DNA of 64,000 nucleotides from Eledone cirrhosa (lineage: Eukaryota), in assembly GCA_964016885.1 (NCBI GenBank), contig OZ024756.1, forward strand, positions 37,200,001 to 37,264,000, in the 5' to 3' direction. Positions 14,198 to 28,593 of this stretch are shown piece by piece (the first letter of the stretch is position 1; every line of letters begins with the position of its first letter). The position numbers and the translations under genes were made by a program. The notes under the pieces were generated by a model. It saw only the letters and a list, made by a program, of their open reading frames with translations. It was not told the DNA's origin and did not search any database.

Positions 14198-14250
14198 GGG
14201 ACCGTCCTGACGAAGGCCAGTCAAGCCTGAAATGCATAGACGATTGTCCC
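14198..14250 (+). ncRNA. Canonical minimal type I hammerhead ribozyme
   Basis: gggac cgtc-CTGACGA-aggc cagtcaa gcct-GAAA-tgca-TA^-gacg att gtccc. All core nucleotides present; 1-bp stem III with palindromic UGCA loop; bipartite stem I. Confidence 0.88.
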
Positions 14251-14349
14251 CCTTGCTTCTGCTGGACACCACCAGAGGACGTTAGCTCCCCGGTGTTTCA
14301 TTAGCTAAGGTTCCCTAAAACCGTATTTCTTTAGAAATACGAAATTTCT

Positions 14350-14399
<50 letters not shown>

Positions 14400-14446
14400 T
14401 ATATATATATATTTTATATATATATATATACAGAAATGCATACATA

Positions 14447-14580
14447 CAGGCGCCGCTGAAAGAGCCATTCCAATTTGCGATGCGAGGCCTCACAATTGCG
14501 GGTAGCCAACTGTGTGTCGATGGTGGTGGGTAAGGAGGTGACCCTAGGGCCAAGAACACCACAAGTCTCCTTTGCTATAA
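14447..14580 (-). pseudogene. RLE non-LTR retrotransposon C-terminal fragment (CRE-like)
   Basis: Translates ETCGVLGPRVTSLPTTIDTQLATRNC..LEWLFQR, homologous to 49397-49534 and resembling the CRE-clade ET-G-LG..FQRLS end. Confidence 0.65.
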
Positions 14581-14851
14581 GACTGAAAGACAACGGTGAC
14601 ACCTGCCAGATTTGAACTCCTAGCATGGAAAGCCGGAACAAATACTGCAAAGCATTTTAACCGAAAGGCTGTGAAGACTCTGCCAATTCGACGACATGTA
14701 CACATCCATCTATCAATACATACACAGACACACATACATATATATATACATACACAGACACACATACATATATATATATATACACAGACACATACATATA
14801 TATATATATATATATACATACACAGACACACATACATACACAGGCGCACAT

Positions 14852-14892
<41 letters not shown>

Positions 14893-14897
14893 CACAA

Positions 14898-14940
<43 letters not shown>

Positions 14941-15187
14941 CACACATACATATACAGACATACAGACATATATTTACATACACAGATACACATATATATA
15001 TATATACACATACACAGACACCCATACATATATTATATATATATACATACACATACAGACACACATACATATATATATATATATATACATACACAGACGC
15101 ACGTGTATATATATATATATATATATATACATACACAGACATACATACATATATACATACATACACAGACACACACACACATGCATA

Positions 15188-15231
<44 letters not shown>

Positions 15232-15390
15232 TCAGTAAAATCTAAGACAATTAAACCAGACCATGAACTAGGACAGAAAAAAGAAAATGAATTTAACAGT
15301 TTATGTTAGTTTATATATATACCTACATATATATAAATACATATATATATACATACATATATATAAAATACATATATATACATACATATA

Positions 15391-15747
15391 TACTGCCTCA
15401 ATACAAATCTTGAGAAGCTGGGCTTCACAGGAACAGAAAGAACACAACTAGTTAGGAAACTACAAGTACAATCCATTAATGGAACAGTAAAAATATGTAA
15501 AACATTCCAAAACTTTTGCATCTAATAACTGCATATACACATGTACAGATACAAAGCATATACACATGCACAGATACAACTCAAAAGATACACATCCTCA
15601 CATACAATAGCATCCATATCTACACATGCATGTAGACATACATACCTTGTTGATGTTGTGTAAATTCCAATGAGAGAGTCTTGTGTCTGTTAGAAACCGA
15701 CGCTCTCTATTGGGAAAAATGTTTGTGAAATTATAAAACCAGAAGAA
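15391..15747 (+). mobile_element. 5'-truncated RLE-type non-LTR retrotransposon: ORF end 15391-15525 plus 3' UTR, inserted in a TACA/TA microsatellite
   Basis: YCLNTNLEKLGFTGTERTQLVRKLQVQSINGTVKICKTFQNFCI* resembles the post-endonuclease C-terminus of R2/R4/NeSL-group elements; the 3' end runs into (ACAT)n. Confidence 0.65.
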
Positions 15748-15775
15748 CATACATACATGCATACATACATATATG

Positions 15776-15808
<33 letters not shown>

Positions 15809-15870
15809 ATGTATATGTACATACATACACACATATATTGACATACACAGATATGTAGACCTGAATAGAT

Positions 15871-15948
<78 letters not shown>

Positions 15949-16026
15949 ATATGTGTGTGTGATGTATTATATATATATATATTAATATGTGTGTGTGATG
16001 TTATATATATATATATATATATATAC

Positions 16027-16057
<31 letters not shown>

Positions 16058-16086
16058 CATATATGTGTGTATATGTGTGTGATGTA

Positions 16087-16137
<51 letters not shown>

Positions 16138-17149
16138 TATGTGTGTGTGATATATTATATTATATATATATGTGTGTGATGTAGTATATATGTATATGTG
16201 TGTGTGATGTAGTATATATGTGTGTGTGTGATATATACACCCAGTACACTCCCCTCTATGAAGCAGATATCTTTGTTTCAAAGCAACTACCACACATTGA
16301 TAAGACGACATTGATAAGGTCTCAGACTTGGCTTGGCATGCTTTTGGTGGTGTGGCGTAGTGTAGGGTGGCGTGGGGTGGTGCGGTGTGGGGTGACCTAG
16401 GTTGGGGTGGGTAGGGAGGGGGGGGGGGGGGCAGGATGGGATGATGTGGTGTGGTGTGGCGTAGGTTGAGATGGGGTAGTGTGGGGTGGTGTGGGATGGT
16501 GTGGCGTGGTTGTGGCGTGGTGTGAGGTGGGGGTGGGGGTGGAGTGGAGTAGGATGGGAGGGGGTGGTAACGACAACAACAACAATGATAGCAATAAGAA
16601 CAGCCAGAACGGCAACAAGAGTGACAACAACAACAACAACCACCACCACCACAGCAGCAACAAAAACAACACCGACCACAACAACAACAACAACAACAGC
16701 ATCAGCAACAACAACAACAGCATCATCAACGACAACGGCAGCTCGCACAAGAACAGAAGCAGCAGCAACAACAACAACGACAGCTAGCACAAGAACAGAA
16801 GCAGCAAGCAACAACAACAACAGCAACAAACAACAGCAACAATAACAACAAGAACAACAAGAAGAGAGAGTAGGAGTCAGCCGCTGTGTGACAGAGGGCA
16901 GATGTTGGTTTGAGGCGGGTTCATTTGGTGTGAGTGAAAGTGATAGGAGAAGAGAGTGAGGAAGTAAGAGGTCATTCGTGTGAGGAGGGAGGGAGGGGGG
17001 TCGTAGACAGAATAGAGCAGATTGGGAAGTAGGAGGAGGTGTTTATTGAGAGAGTGGGCAATAAGGTAGAGAGGAAGTTTCTGTGATAGAGATGGCTACA
17101 GAGACGTATTTATATATATATGTATTTATGTGAGGGTATATATTGCGTT

Positions 17150-17214
17150 GTCAAGTATGAAATTTGTAGAAATTTGTAGAAAAAAAAAAGAAATTCTACA
17201 AATTTCATACTTGA
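17150..17214. repeat. Miniature inverted repeat; solo arm at 29256-29310
   Basis: gtcaagtatgaaatttgtagaa ... ttctacaaatttcatacttgac. Confidence 0.7.
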
Positions 17215-17454
17215 CCCATTATATGTATATATGTATATGTATGTGTGTGTGTCCTAGCAGAGTACCCGTTAAAAAGAATGATGGGTTTTATAGTAAAAAA
17301 AAAAAAGATTTAATTAAACAATTCCTTCATTAAAACATTCTATATAAAAATTCTTGAATATGATATCAAATACACCCTGAACTCAACTTTATGTACCCAC
17401 CCCGAAAGGATGAAAGGGGGCAAAGAATCAGTCCAGTACTGGGGTCAATTCTCA

Positions 17455-17588
17455 GTGGATGCTCATCGTGAACACCGACGACGGGAGGCGAGAACAAACC
17501 CACCGCCGTCGGTGAGTCATTGATAAGTGCTGGTGCCTACGGGAAGCACTGAGGACATCCTCCAAAAATGTGCAGCCATCTTGAAAGA

Positions 17589-17646
<58 letters not shown>

Positions 17647-18015
17647 GAAATTGGACACTGAGGGTGATGGATGCTCATCGTGGACACCGACGGAAGGGGG
17701 TGGGGAGATCCACCGCCGTCAGCGAGTCATTGATATGTGCTGGAATCTCACTGAGACATTCCCCAAAAATCTGCAACTATCTTTAAAGATAACTCTCTCT
17801 CTCTGTCTCTCTCTAGAAATTGGAGACTGATGGTGGTGGATGCTCATCGTGGACACCGACGGAGGGCGGAAGATCCACCGCCGTCAGCGAGCCATTAATA
17901 TGCGTTGCTGCCTACGGGAAGCATTCAATCTCACTGAGACATCCCCCAAAAATCTGCCGCCATCTTTAAAGATGGCCTCTTTCTCTCTCTAGAACTCTGA
18001 CACCAATGGTGGTGT
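17455..18015. repeat. Three tandem ~170-210-bp structured units
   Basis: Units start at ~17455, 17667 and 17836 with tggatgctcatcgtg(a/g)acaccgacg and end with a (CT)n-tagaa linker. Confidence 0.85.
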
Positions 18016-18275
18016 TTTGACCACCTAAAGCTCTCCAACGTACATCTGATTATCATTTTACATTCAAGTGCTTTTCTTTTAACTTTATATTGCCTTAATC
18101 TTATGTTTCTTCTTCTTCTTCTTTGTTATTCTTCAGTCCCCCCCCCCCCTCCTTCCTATACCAGTCTCTGTGTCTTCCTTACTTCTTTCAACATACAAAA
18201 TAACTTATTAAGTGTTGTTTGTTTTTGTTTGTTGGTTTTTGGTATGTTTTTGTTTTGTTTTTGTTTTGCTATTTT

Positions 18276-18926
<651 letters not shown>

Positions 18927-19990
18927 AGTCATAACTTTGGGCTCTATGAAAAATTATCTTGCTTCACTCCAAAGTAGAATAATCGGATGATCATGGCAGA
19001 GTTAAAAGCTATGGTAACAGATATTACTCCTCACTGATTAATCAAATTACTGGGTATTGAGTACTTTAATTTAAAGTTAGTTGGTGTTGGTGTTGGTGTT
19101 GGTGTTGGTGTTGGTGTTGGTGTTGGTCGAAGTAGCAGTGAGAGTTGTTATAGATGGTGGTGGTGGTGGTGGTGGTGGTGTTACTCGTTAGGGTGTTGTT
19201 AGTAGTAGTGGTTGTAGTTGTGTTGGTGTTGGTGGAGGTAGTGGTGGTGGTGGTGGGGGTGGGGTGTTGTTAGTAGTAGTGGTTGTAGTCGTGGTGGTGG
19301 TGGTGGAGGTAGTGGTGGTGGCGGTGGGGGTGTTTTTAGTAGTAGTGGTTGTAGTAGTGGTGGTGGTGCAGGTAATGGTGGGGGGGGGGGGTTAGTAGTA
19401 GTGGTTGTAGTAGTGGTGGTGGTGGTGGTTTTTTTGGGGTGTTGTTAATAGTGGTGGCTGTAGTGGTGGTGGTGGTGCTTGCTGGTCTGTTGTTAATAGT
19501 AGTGGTTGTATGGGGGCAGGGCTGATGGTGGGGGGGGGGGGGGGTGAGGGTGGGGGGAGGGGTTTATTATCTCTTCATTTCTTCATTATCCCGGACACTT
19601 CAAAGAACTTGATCCTACAACCCACCCCCAACACCCACTCCAACCCACCACACACCCTATACCCTACCCTACACCCAGCCTTGCGACCCCCACCCCCACC
19701 GCCGCCATTCAACTTAATGATATCCGAAGTTTGATGGAGTGAGAATGGGCGACGAGAGGGGAGAGAGGGGGGGGGGGGGGTGATATTACGACTGGGATTT
19801 TACGTGGAGACAATGGCTGGCTGACGAGCATGTTGGTAGGGGATAGTAACGGGAGGGCGAGGATGTCCCCGGGGGTAGGGTTAGTGTTTGTGGTGGTAGT
19901 GGCGCTGCTTGTGGTTGTGGCGGTGGCGATAGTGTTGGCAATGATGGGCTCTCAGTGTGGTGGATATTCTCAACTATTACTTATAACGAT

Positions 19991-20180
19991 TAGAGCGTTC
20001 GGGACACCATGCCTTGCAGCATAGAGTTACGGCCCTTTATGTTCTGATTTCAAATCCCACCGAGGTTAGCTTTACCTTTGATCCGTCAGGGGTCGATAAA
20101 ATAAAGTACCAGTAACGCACTGGGGGTTGATATAATCGACTTTTCCCTCCCCCAAAATTGCTGGCCTTGTGTCTAAAGTA
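19991..20180 (+). mobile_element. tRNA-derived SINE (long-tail subfamily)
   Basis: Matches the SINE consensus including the gttgatataatcgac hairpin. Confidence 0.85.
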
Positions 20181-21118
20181 ATTTTAGTTATTTACGTTGG
20201 GACGACTACGTTTCAAATGTCATGTTTTCCCAATGTTTTCTAAGTTAAACGGAGGTTCACGCTTCTAGCAACAGGCTTTAAAGTCCTCTAAAGGGCGGCA
20301 ATTGGTGGCCAGGGTCTCCTTGATGTATTGTTTAACGTATTTACTTACCATTAGAGTGGTGTTGGGTTCGACCCCTCGGAGGTGCCTCTGGCTTCTTTTT
20401 CGAACTCGACAGGTATTTTACCCAATTTTCTCAACAGCATTCCACCATATACCACCACTACCACCCGCCAATCTCCATATATTACTACCACCATCCATCT
20501 TTCCACCATTCCACCATCACCATCAATCATACACCATACCACATATCACACCATCCACCATACCACACTATCCACCATACCACCCTACCACAGCATACCA
20601 CGCCATACCACACTATCCACCATACCACCCTACCACAGCATACCACGATACCACACTATCCACCATACCACTATCCACTCCATATCACCATACCACCACA
20701 CCATACCATCCACCCCTGCTCCGCTCCACACTTGGTGTTGTTAAGTGATGTGAGGGGAAAAGGAGAAGAGACAGACCCATCTGCCAACACACTTCCGGTA
20801 GGAAACCACCGGAAGGAAGTCAATCCGCCATTAGGTGACTCTACACACCGGCAGGGAGTGGTGAAAAAAAGATTGCCTCTATCCTCTGTAGGTTTAGATG
20901 TCCCTGGGCTGCAGACCCTGACCTTATGGTGGTGGTGGGTGGGGGTCTTGAGGGATGTGTGGTGTGGTGAGTGAGGTGTGGTGGTGTGGTGTGGATAGAT
21001 GAAATGGTGATGACAGCTTCAGTTTCTCAGTTTCTGGCACGCTGGTCATTCGAATTCTGAACACATATATACATACATATGCACACACATATATATATAC
21101 ATACACAATCACGCACAC

Positions 21119-21151
<33 letters not shown>

Positions 21152-21194
21152 TACACAGATATATACACACACATATATATATATATATATACAC

Positions 21195-21240
21195 ACCTTC
21201 TGATGAAAGCCCAATCAAGCTTGATAAACCGGTTAAAGGT
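21195..21240 (+). ncRNA. Minimal type I hammerhead with a 1-nt insertion in GAAA
   Basis: acctt-CTGATGA-aagc ccaatcaa gctt-GA(t)AA-a ccgg t-TA^-aaggt. Stem II and its loop resemble the 14.2-kb motif. Confidence 0.65.
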
Positions 21241-21351
21241 TTTTTTAAATATTTTTTGTAATTTACAGGGAAATGCGTATTTGGCATGTTTACATATCTA
21301 TATAATAAAAATATTTAAATTTATAAATATATAACTCAGTCATATATACAC

Positions 21352-21403
<52 letters not shown>

Positions 21404-21438
21404 GTGTATATATATACGTGTATATATACACGTATGTG

Positions 21439-21480
<42 letters not shown>

Positions 21481-21554
21481 TATACACATATATATATACA
21501 TACATATATATATATACACATATATATATACATACATATATATATACACATGTA

Positions 21555-21585
<31 letters not shown>

Positions 21586-21661
21586 CATGCATATGTATAT
21601 ATATAGACGTATATATACGCGTATATATATATACACGTATATACATATATATATATATACA

Positions 21662-21719
<58 letters not shown>

Positions 21720-22139
21720 ACACCATATCTACTGCAATCATTACCACCACCACCACCACCACCACCACCACCACCACCGACACCACTACCACCACCACCA
21801 CCACCACCACCACCGACACCACTACCACCACCACCACCACCACCACCACCGACACCACTACCACCACCACCACCACCACCACCACCACCACCACCACCAC
21901 CACCACCACCACCACCACCACCACCACCACCATATCCATCAATAAAATAAAATAATTTCAAACTCCGGAAATTTCAATTTATACTCCGGCTTAAACAATT
22001 TCCTCAAACCTTCGTTTTCACCCCTGAGGGGCAAACATTACCCAACCATTACCTCCTCCACTCGCCCCCTTTACCATTCCTCTTTGAACAACATCTCCAC
22101 CATTCCCACACTACAGCTAACAGTGCTGTCACCTACAGC

Positions 22140-22298
22140 CAACAACAACAACAACATCACACCAACAACAACAACAACATCACACCACCGTCATCAACTA
22201 CATCACCGCACCGCACCACCACCACCACCACCACCAACACCAACAACAACAACATCACACCACCACCGTCATCAACTACATCACCGCACCGCACCACC

Positions 22299-22329
<31 letters not shown>

Positions 22330-22366
22330 TCACACCACCACCGTCATCAACTACATCACCACCACC

Positions 22367-22398
<32 letters not shown>

Positions 22399-22450
22399 CA
22401 ACAACATCACACCACCACCGTCATCAACTACATCACCGCACCGCACCACC

Positions 22451-22481
<31 letters not shown>

Positions 22482-22521
22482 TCACACCACCACCGTCATC
22501 AACTACATCACCACCACCACC

Positions 22522-22553
<32 letters not shown>

Positions 22554-23042
22554 CAACAACAACATCACACCACCACCGTCATCAACTACATCACCACCAC
22601 CACCACCACCAACACCACCACCAACACCAACAACAACAATATACCCACCTCCACCAACAACAACAACAACATCACACCACCACCGTCATCAACTACATCA
22701 CCACCACCACCACCACCACCACCAACACCAACACCACCACCAACACCAACAACAACAATATACCCACCTCCACCAACAACAACAAGAACATCACACCACC
22801 ACCGTCATCAACTACATCACCACCACCACCAACAACAACAACAACAACATCACACCACCACCGTCATCAACTACATCACCGCACCACCAACAACAACAAT
22901 ATACCCACCTCCACCAACAGCAACTGCATCATGGCACCAACATCACCACGAACAACAACAACAATATCACCACTAGCAACAACTACATCACAGCCCCAAC
23001 ACCAACACCGACACCCCACCACTAACACAACAACAACAACAA
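22140..23042. repeat. ACC/AAC-based minisatellite (aacatcacaccaccaccgtcatcaactacatcacc)
   Basis: About 9 copies of the anchor motif. Confidence 0.9.
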
Positions 23043-23147
23043 CCCAATTAAAATAATCAACATACACACTAAATTAAATGTTGATTTGATGTTTTAATTT
23101 ATGCAAGGAATCTGAGACGTTTGTTCCGGGTTTTTTAGTTCGAAATG

Positions 23148-23455
23148 AAGGTGAGGCGAAATTTGAAACTTCTTCAATTAGAAGTTTATTCCGCCTGGAG
23201 TAGTAACTCTCGTGAGGTGGCATGGCTGATACATTGGGTGTTGCTGGCTTTTCTCTACAACCGAGGTGAGGTGAAATTTGAAACTTCTTCAATTAGAAGT
23301 GTATTCCACCTAGAGCAGTAATTCCTGTGAGGTGGCTTGGATGGTGTAGCGGATTACACTGGCTATTCTTCGCAAGGTGAGAAGAAATGTGAAACTTCTT
23401 CAATTAGAAGTGTATTCAATCAAGTGCAGTAATTCCTGTGAGGTGACATGGCTAT
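23148..23455. repeat. Three tandem ~115-bp units
   Basis: aggtgag..gaaatttgaaacttcttcaattagaagt..cagtaattcctgtgaggtggc repeated three times. Confidence 0.85.
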
Positions 23456-23458
23456 AGG

Positions 23459-24080
23459 TTTATAAGTATGAATTTTCATAAAATTTTCGTAGTTGTCTCT
23501 GTGGCTTAGTGGTAAGTAGTAGAGACGGTGGAGATCCCGACCTTGGGTTCAATCCTGGTCAAGGCGTACGTGTAAGTTTTTTCAGTTTTAATTTTACAAC
23601 CAATATAAAAAAAGATGAAACGGCTTACTGGGAACTCTATGCCCGACCAGGATCGAACTTCGGCCCAGGATCACCACCGTCTATAGTTCTTCCAACTAGG
23701 CCACCGAGACCGCTACAAAAGTATAATAAAAATTGATAATTATGAACCTACTTTCACAATATTTTGTTTTAAAAATTTTGAAAGTAGATTTATAAGTATG
23801 AATTTCACAAGACTTTGTTAGTTGTCTCTGTGGCCTAGTGGTAGGTACTAGAGACGGTGGAGATCCTGGCATTGGTTTCAATCCTGGTCAAGGCGTACAT
23901 GTAACCTTTTTTTCAGTTTTTATTTTACAACCAATAGAAAAAAAAACTGAAAATGTTTATGGGGAAATCTACTCCCGACCAGGATCACCACTGTCTCTGG
24001 TTCCTCCAACTAGGCCACCGAGACAGCTACAATAAAGTAATAAAAATTGATAATTATAAACCTACTTTCAAAATCAAAGT
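23459..24080. repeat. Tandem dimer (~330 bp) of a unit holding two convergent tRNA-like heads
   Basis: Plus heads 23495-23565 and 23824-23894 (TGGC(T/C)TAGTGG A box, G(G/T)TTCAATCC B box); minus heads 23641-23710 and 23974-24024. Confidence 0.8.
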
Positions 24081-24194
24081 TTTATATATATATATAAAAC
24101 ATATATATATTGTTATACTTGGGGAGGGTCATATTGTTATAATATTGCCAGGAATATTTATATATATATATATATATGTGTATATATGTATGTG

Positions 24195-24226
<32 letters not shown>

Positions 24227-24521
24227 TGTATATATATATATGTATATATATATGTATGTATGTAATCGCTGAAACCACTGTAAGATTGGCAACCAGACAA
24301 GAAAATGCGCACTATAAATCTTCTTCCCTGCCCCCCCCCCCCCCCCCCCCCCCCCACTACCACCAACATCATTATCATCATTATCATCATCATCCACCTG
24401 TTTATATTATATCTTCCACTACAGAAATAAAACCCACCTGTTATCATCTTCTCTATAGTACCCCCCCCCCCCTTATCTTGTTGATTAACACAAAATGTTT
24501 GTTTTTCTTCAACGCCCCATA

Positions 24522-24577
<56 letters not shown>

Positions 24578-24599
24578 TTATCTCTCTCTCCCCCTCTAC

Positions 24600-24612
24600 C
24601 TCTTTATTTGCC

Positions 24613-24646
<34 letters not shown>

Positions 24647-24801
24647 CCTCTCTCTCTATCTCTTTTTCTCTGCCTTGCGCACACACACTCTCTCTCTCTC
24701 TCTCTCTCTTTCTCTGACTTACATACACACACAGACACACACACACTCTCTCTCTCTCTCTCTTTCTCTGACTTACATACACACACAGACACACACACAC
24801 A

Positions 24802-24833
<32 letters not shown>

Positions 24834-25251
24834 GACTTACATACACACACAGACACACACACTCTCTCTCTCTCTCTTTCTCTGCCTTACACACACACAG
24901 ACACACACTCTCTCTCTCTCTCTCTCTCTCTTTCTCTGCCTTACACACACACACAGACACACACACTCTCTCTCTCTCTCTCTTTCTCTGCCTTACACAC
25001 ACACAGACACACACACTCTCTCTCTCTCTTTCTCTGCCTTACACACACACAGACACACACACACACTCTCTCTCTCTCTCTCTCTTTCTCTGACTTACAT
25101 ACACACACAGACACACACTCTCTCTCTCTCTCTCTCTTTCTCTACCTTACACACACACAGATACACTCCCTCTCTCTCTCTCTATCTATCTCTTTTTCTC
25201 CGCTTTACACACACACACACACTCTCCATTTTTTTCTCTGCCTTACACATA

Positions 25252-25288
<37 letters not shown>

Positions 25289-26000
25289 GTTCTCTATATC
25301 TCTCTTTATGCCTTTTCTCTTTCTTTCTCTCTTCCTCCTTTTCTTCCTCTCTTCCCTCTTCTTTCTCAACCTTACACACATACACTCTCTTCCTCTTATT
25401 CTGTCAGTCTGTCTGTCAGTATGTCTGTCAGTCTGTCAGTTCGTCTGTCTGTCTGTCAGTACGTCTGTCAGTCTGTCAGTTCGTCTGTCTGTCTGTCAGT
25501 CTGTTTGTCAGTATGTCTGTCAGTACGTCTGTCAGTCTGTTTGTCTGTCACTCTGTCACTCTGTCTGTCTGTCAGCCTGTCAAGCTGTCAGTACGTCTGT
25601 CAGTCTGTCAGTTCGTCTGTCTGTCTGTCAGTACGTGTGTCAGTCTGTTTGTCTGTCACTCTGTCACTCTGTCACTCTGTCACTCTGTCTGTCTGTCAGC
25701 CTGTCAAGCTGTCAGTACGTCTGTCAGTCTGTCAGTTCGTCTGTCTGTCTGTCAGTCTGTTTGTCAGTATGTCTGTCAGTACGTCTGTCAGTCTGTTTGT
25801 CTGTCACTCTGTCACTCTGTCTGTCTGTCAGCCTGTCAAGCTGTCAGTATGTCTGTCAAGCTGTCAGTACGTCTGTCAAGCTGTCAGTATGTCAGTCTGT
25901 TTGTCTGTCACTCTGTCACTCTGTCAGTCTATCTGTCTGTCAGTCTGTCAAGCTGTCAGTATGTCTGTCAGTCTGTCAGTCTGTGTGTCTGTGTGTCAGT
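24600..26000. repeat. Compound (CA)/(CT) minisatellite followed by a CTGTCA/CTGT-derived array
   Basis: Directly visible. Confidence 0.9.
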
Positions 26001-26119
26001 ACGCCTGTCTTCACCTCCACCTTCCGACCGCCATCTTTTCCAAGCTCCAACTTTCCAAGACAGAAAAAAAAAAAGAAATTATTTTATTTTAAAAATATTA
26101 TAAATATTATTATTTTATA

Positions 26120-26151
<32 letters not shown>

Positions 26152-26249
26152 TAATAATAATAATATAGCAGATAGTTAAAGTAACAATGTACTTAGGTTA
26201 TTTATAAACATTTACTTTCTAATAGTTTAACACATATACACATGCATGC

Positions 26250-26405
<156 letters not shown>

Positions 26406-26503
26406 GCATACATATATGCATGCATGTGTTTTAAACTGTTAGAAATATATATATATAAACATTTAATTTCTAATACTTTAACACAAACATACACATATGC
26501 ATG

Positions 26504-26590
<87 letters not shown>

Positions 26591-26870
26591 ATATATATGC
26601 ATGTGTGTGTTCAGTACTGCAAAAGTTTCTATATGGCAACTTGCCATATAGAAAGTTTACACTGAGCCACGGGAAGGGAGCGAAATATTTGATGGTGGTG
26701 GCCATGATTATGGTGGTGGTGATAGTCCTTATCGTTTTGCTAATGGTGTTGTCGATAGTGAGGGTGATGATTGGCAGTGGGGATGGGGATGGTGGTGGTG
26801 GTTTGATAGACAGAGATAGTCCATCAGAAAACAAATACAAACGACAGACAGGTGGACGAACGAATGTACA

Positions 26871-27224
<354 letters not shown>

Positions 27225-27329
27225 CATGTATGCATGTATGCATGTATGCATGCATGCATGCATGTATGCATGTATGCATGTATGTATGTATGTATGTATG
27301 TATATATATATGTATGTATGTATGTATAT

Positions 27330-27469
27330 CCCGGGTTGAATCGGGGAAAACCTCAGTAAGTAAGGTACTCAATACATAGCAGAGTATAAATACCACCATA
27401 TTGGACCGTCGGCTTCTTGATGATTTCTCCCGAATGAAATACTTCTAGTCGTGTAGAAGCCATTTCTAT

Positions 27470-27472
<3 letters not shown>
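27330..27472. mobile_element. Family A HHR cassette; HHR + 27411-27461 with C3U and a covarying stem III
   Basis: ggcttc-TTGATGA-t ttc tccc gaa t-GAAA-tac ttctagtc gtg-TA^-gaagcc. Confidence 0.72.
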
Positions 27473-27531
<59 letters not shown>

Positions 27532-27762
27532 AATAAAGATTCAGCGAGAATCGCATTTTCGGCGGGCAGGAAAAGCGAAGCGAAACGCAAAAATCAGAAA
27601 TGGTACTGGCAAAGTGGTCAATAGTTAAAAACCAGAGCTAAACAATGTGTTAAGAAGCCATACAAAACTGAAAAGATGGTCAAGAAAGCATTAACCACCC
27701 AAGCCAAAAACCAAATCAAGCTAAACAGGTCAAAACAAAATAAATGATAAAAAATAAATGAT

Positions 27763-27796
<34 letters not shown>

Positions 27797-28149
27797 ATAT
27801 ATTGAGACGAGTGGGTAACAATGAAAATACACATAGACAGACAAATAAGAAATTCCTTGCTGTAAATACACATTGAAAAGAACTACACACACCATAGAAC
27901 TAACAGACTGTGTATTAATAAGTATGTTGCACTCGACTGCAACTATGTTCCTTCGACACCAATATACACTATACTGTACTAAATGTACTCTATGGTATAA
28001 TATATGTCTGCTTCATGGTAATGTTGTGTTGTTGTATAGAATATGCTTTATGTTATATATATGTCCAGGAGGTGAATTGGTTTTGTCTTCAAATCCTCCC
28101 GAGGTCAACTTTACCTGTCATCTTCTCGATAAAAGCCCCCACCCCCCGA

Positions 28150-28352
28150 GCAAGATGGTTGGTTAAGATCACTGAGCTTGGTTGGTCTCGCTCGGGGGTC
28201 CAGGCTTGGTTGGTCTCGCTCGGGGATCCAGGCGGATCAGTTGGAGGCGATTGCTTCTGATTCTGACAGGACCAGCTGGAAGGAGTGTTTGAGGACTTTG
28301 CCCTGCACCCACAACTCTCTCGGGAATAAGTGGGTGAAGATGAAGAGTTAAG
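28150..28352 (+). mobile_element. Probable LINE 3'-end remnant (RTE-like); related minus copy ~8632-8740
   Basis: Degraded LEAIASD..SWKECLR-like end; shares ggttggtctc and ctctc.ggaata..gaagatgaa motifs with 8.6 kb. Confidence 0.35.
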
Positions 28353-28542
28353 TACACACAATAAGTGCACACAAACATATGTGTTTATGCATGTGTGTAT
28401 ATACCTACCACCATAGATAATACATATATGCACAATTACATACATACAAACATTAATACACATATACACACACAAATACACGCATACATGCACCCTATAC
28501 ATGCATACATACACTCATACATACATACGGACAATCATACAT

Positions 28543-28593
<51 letters not shown>

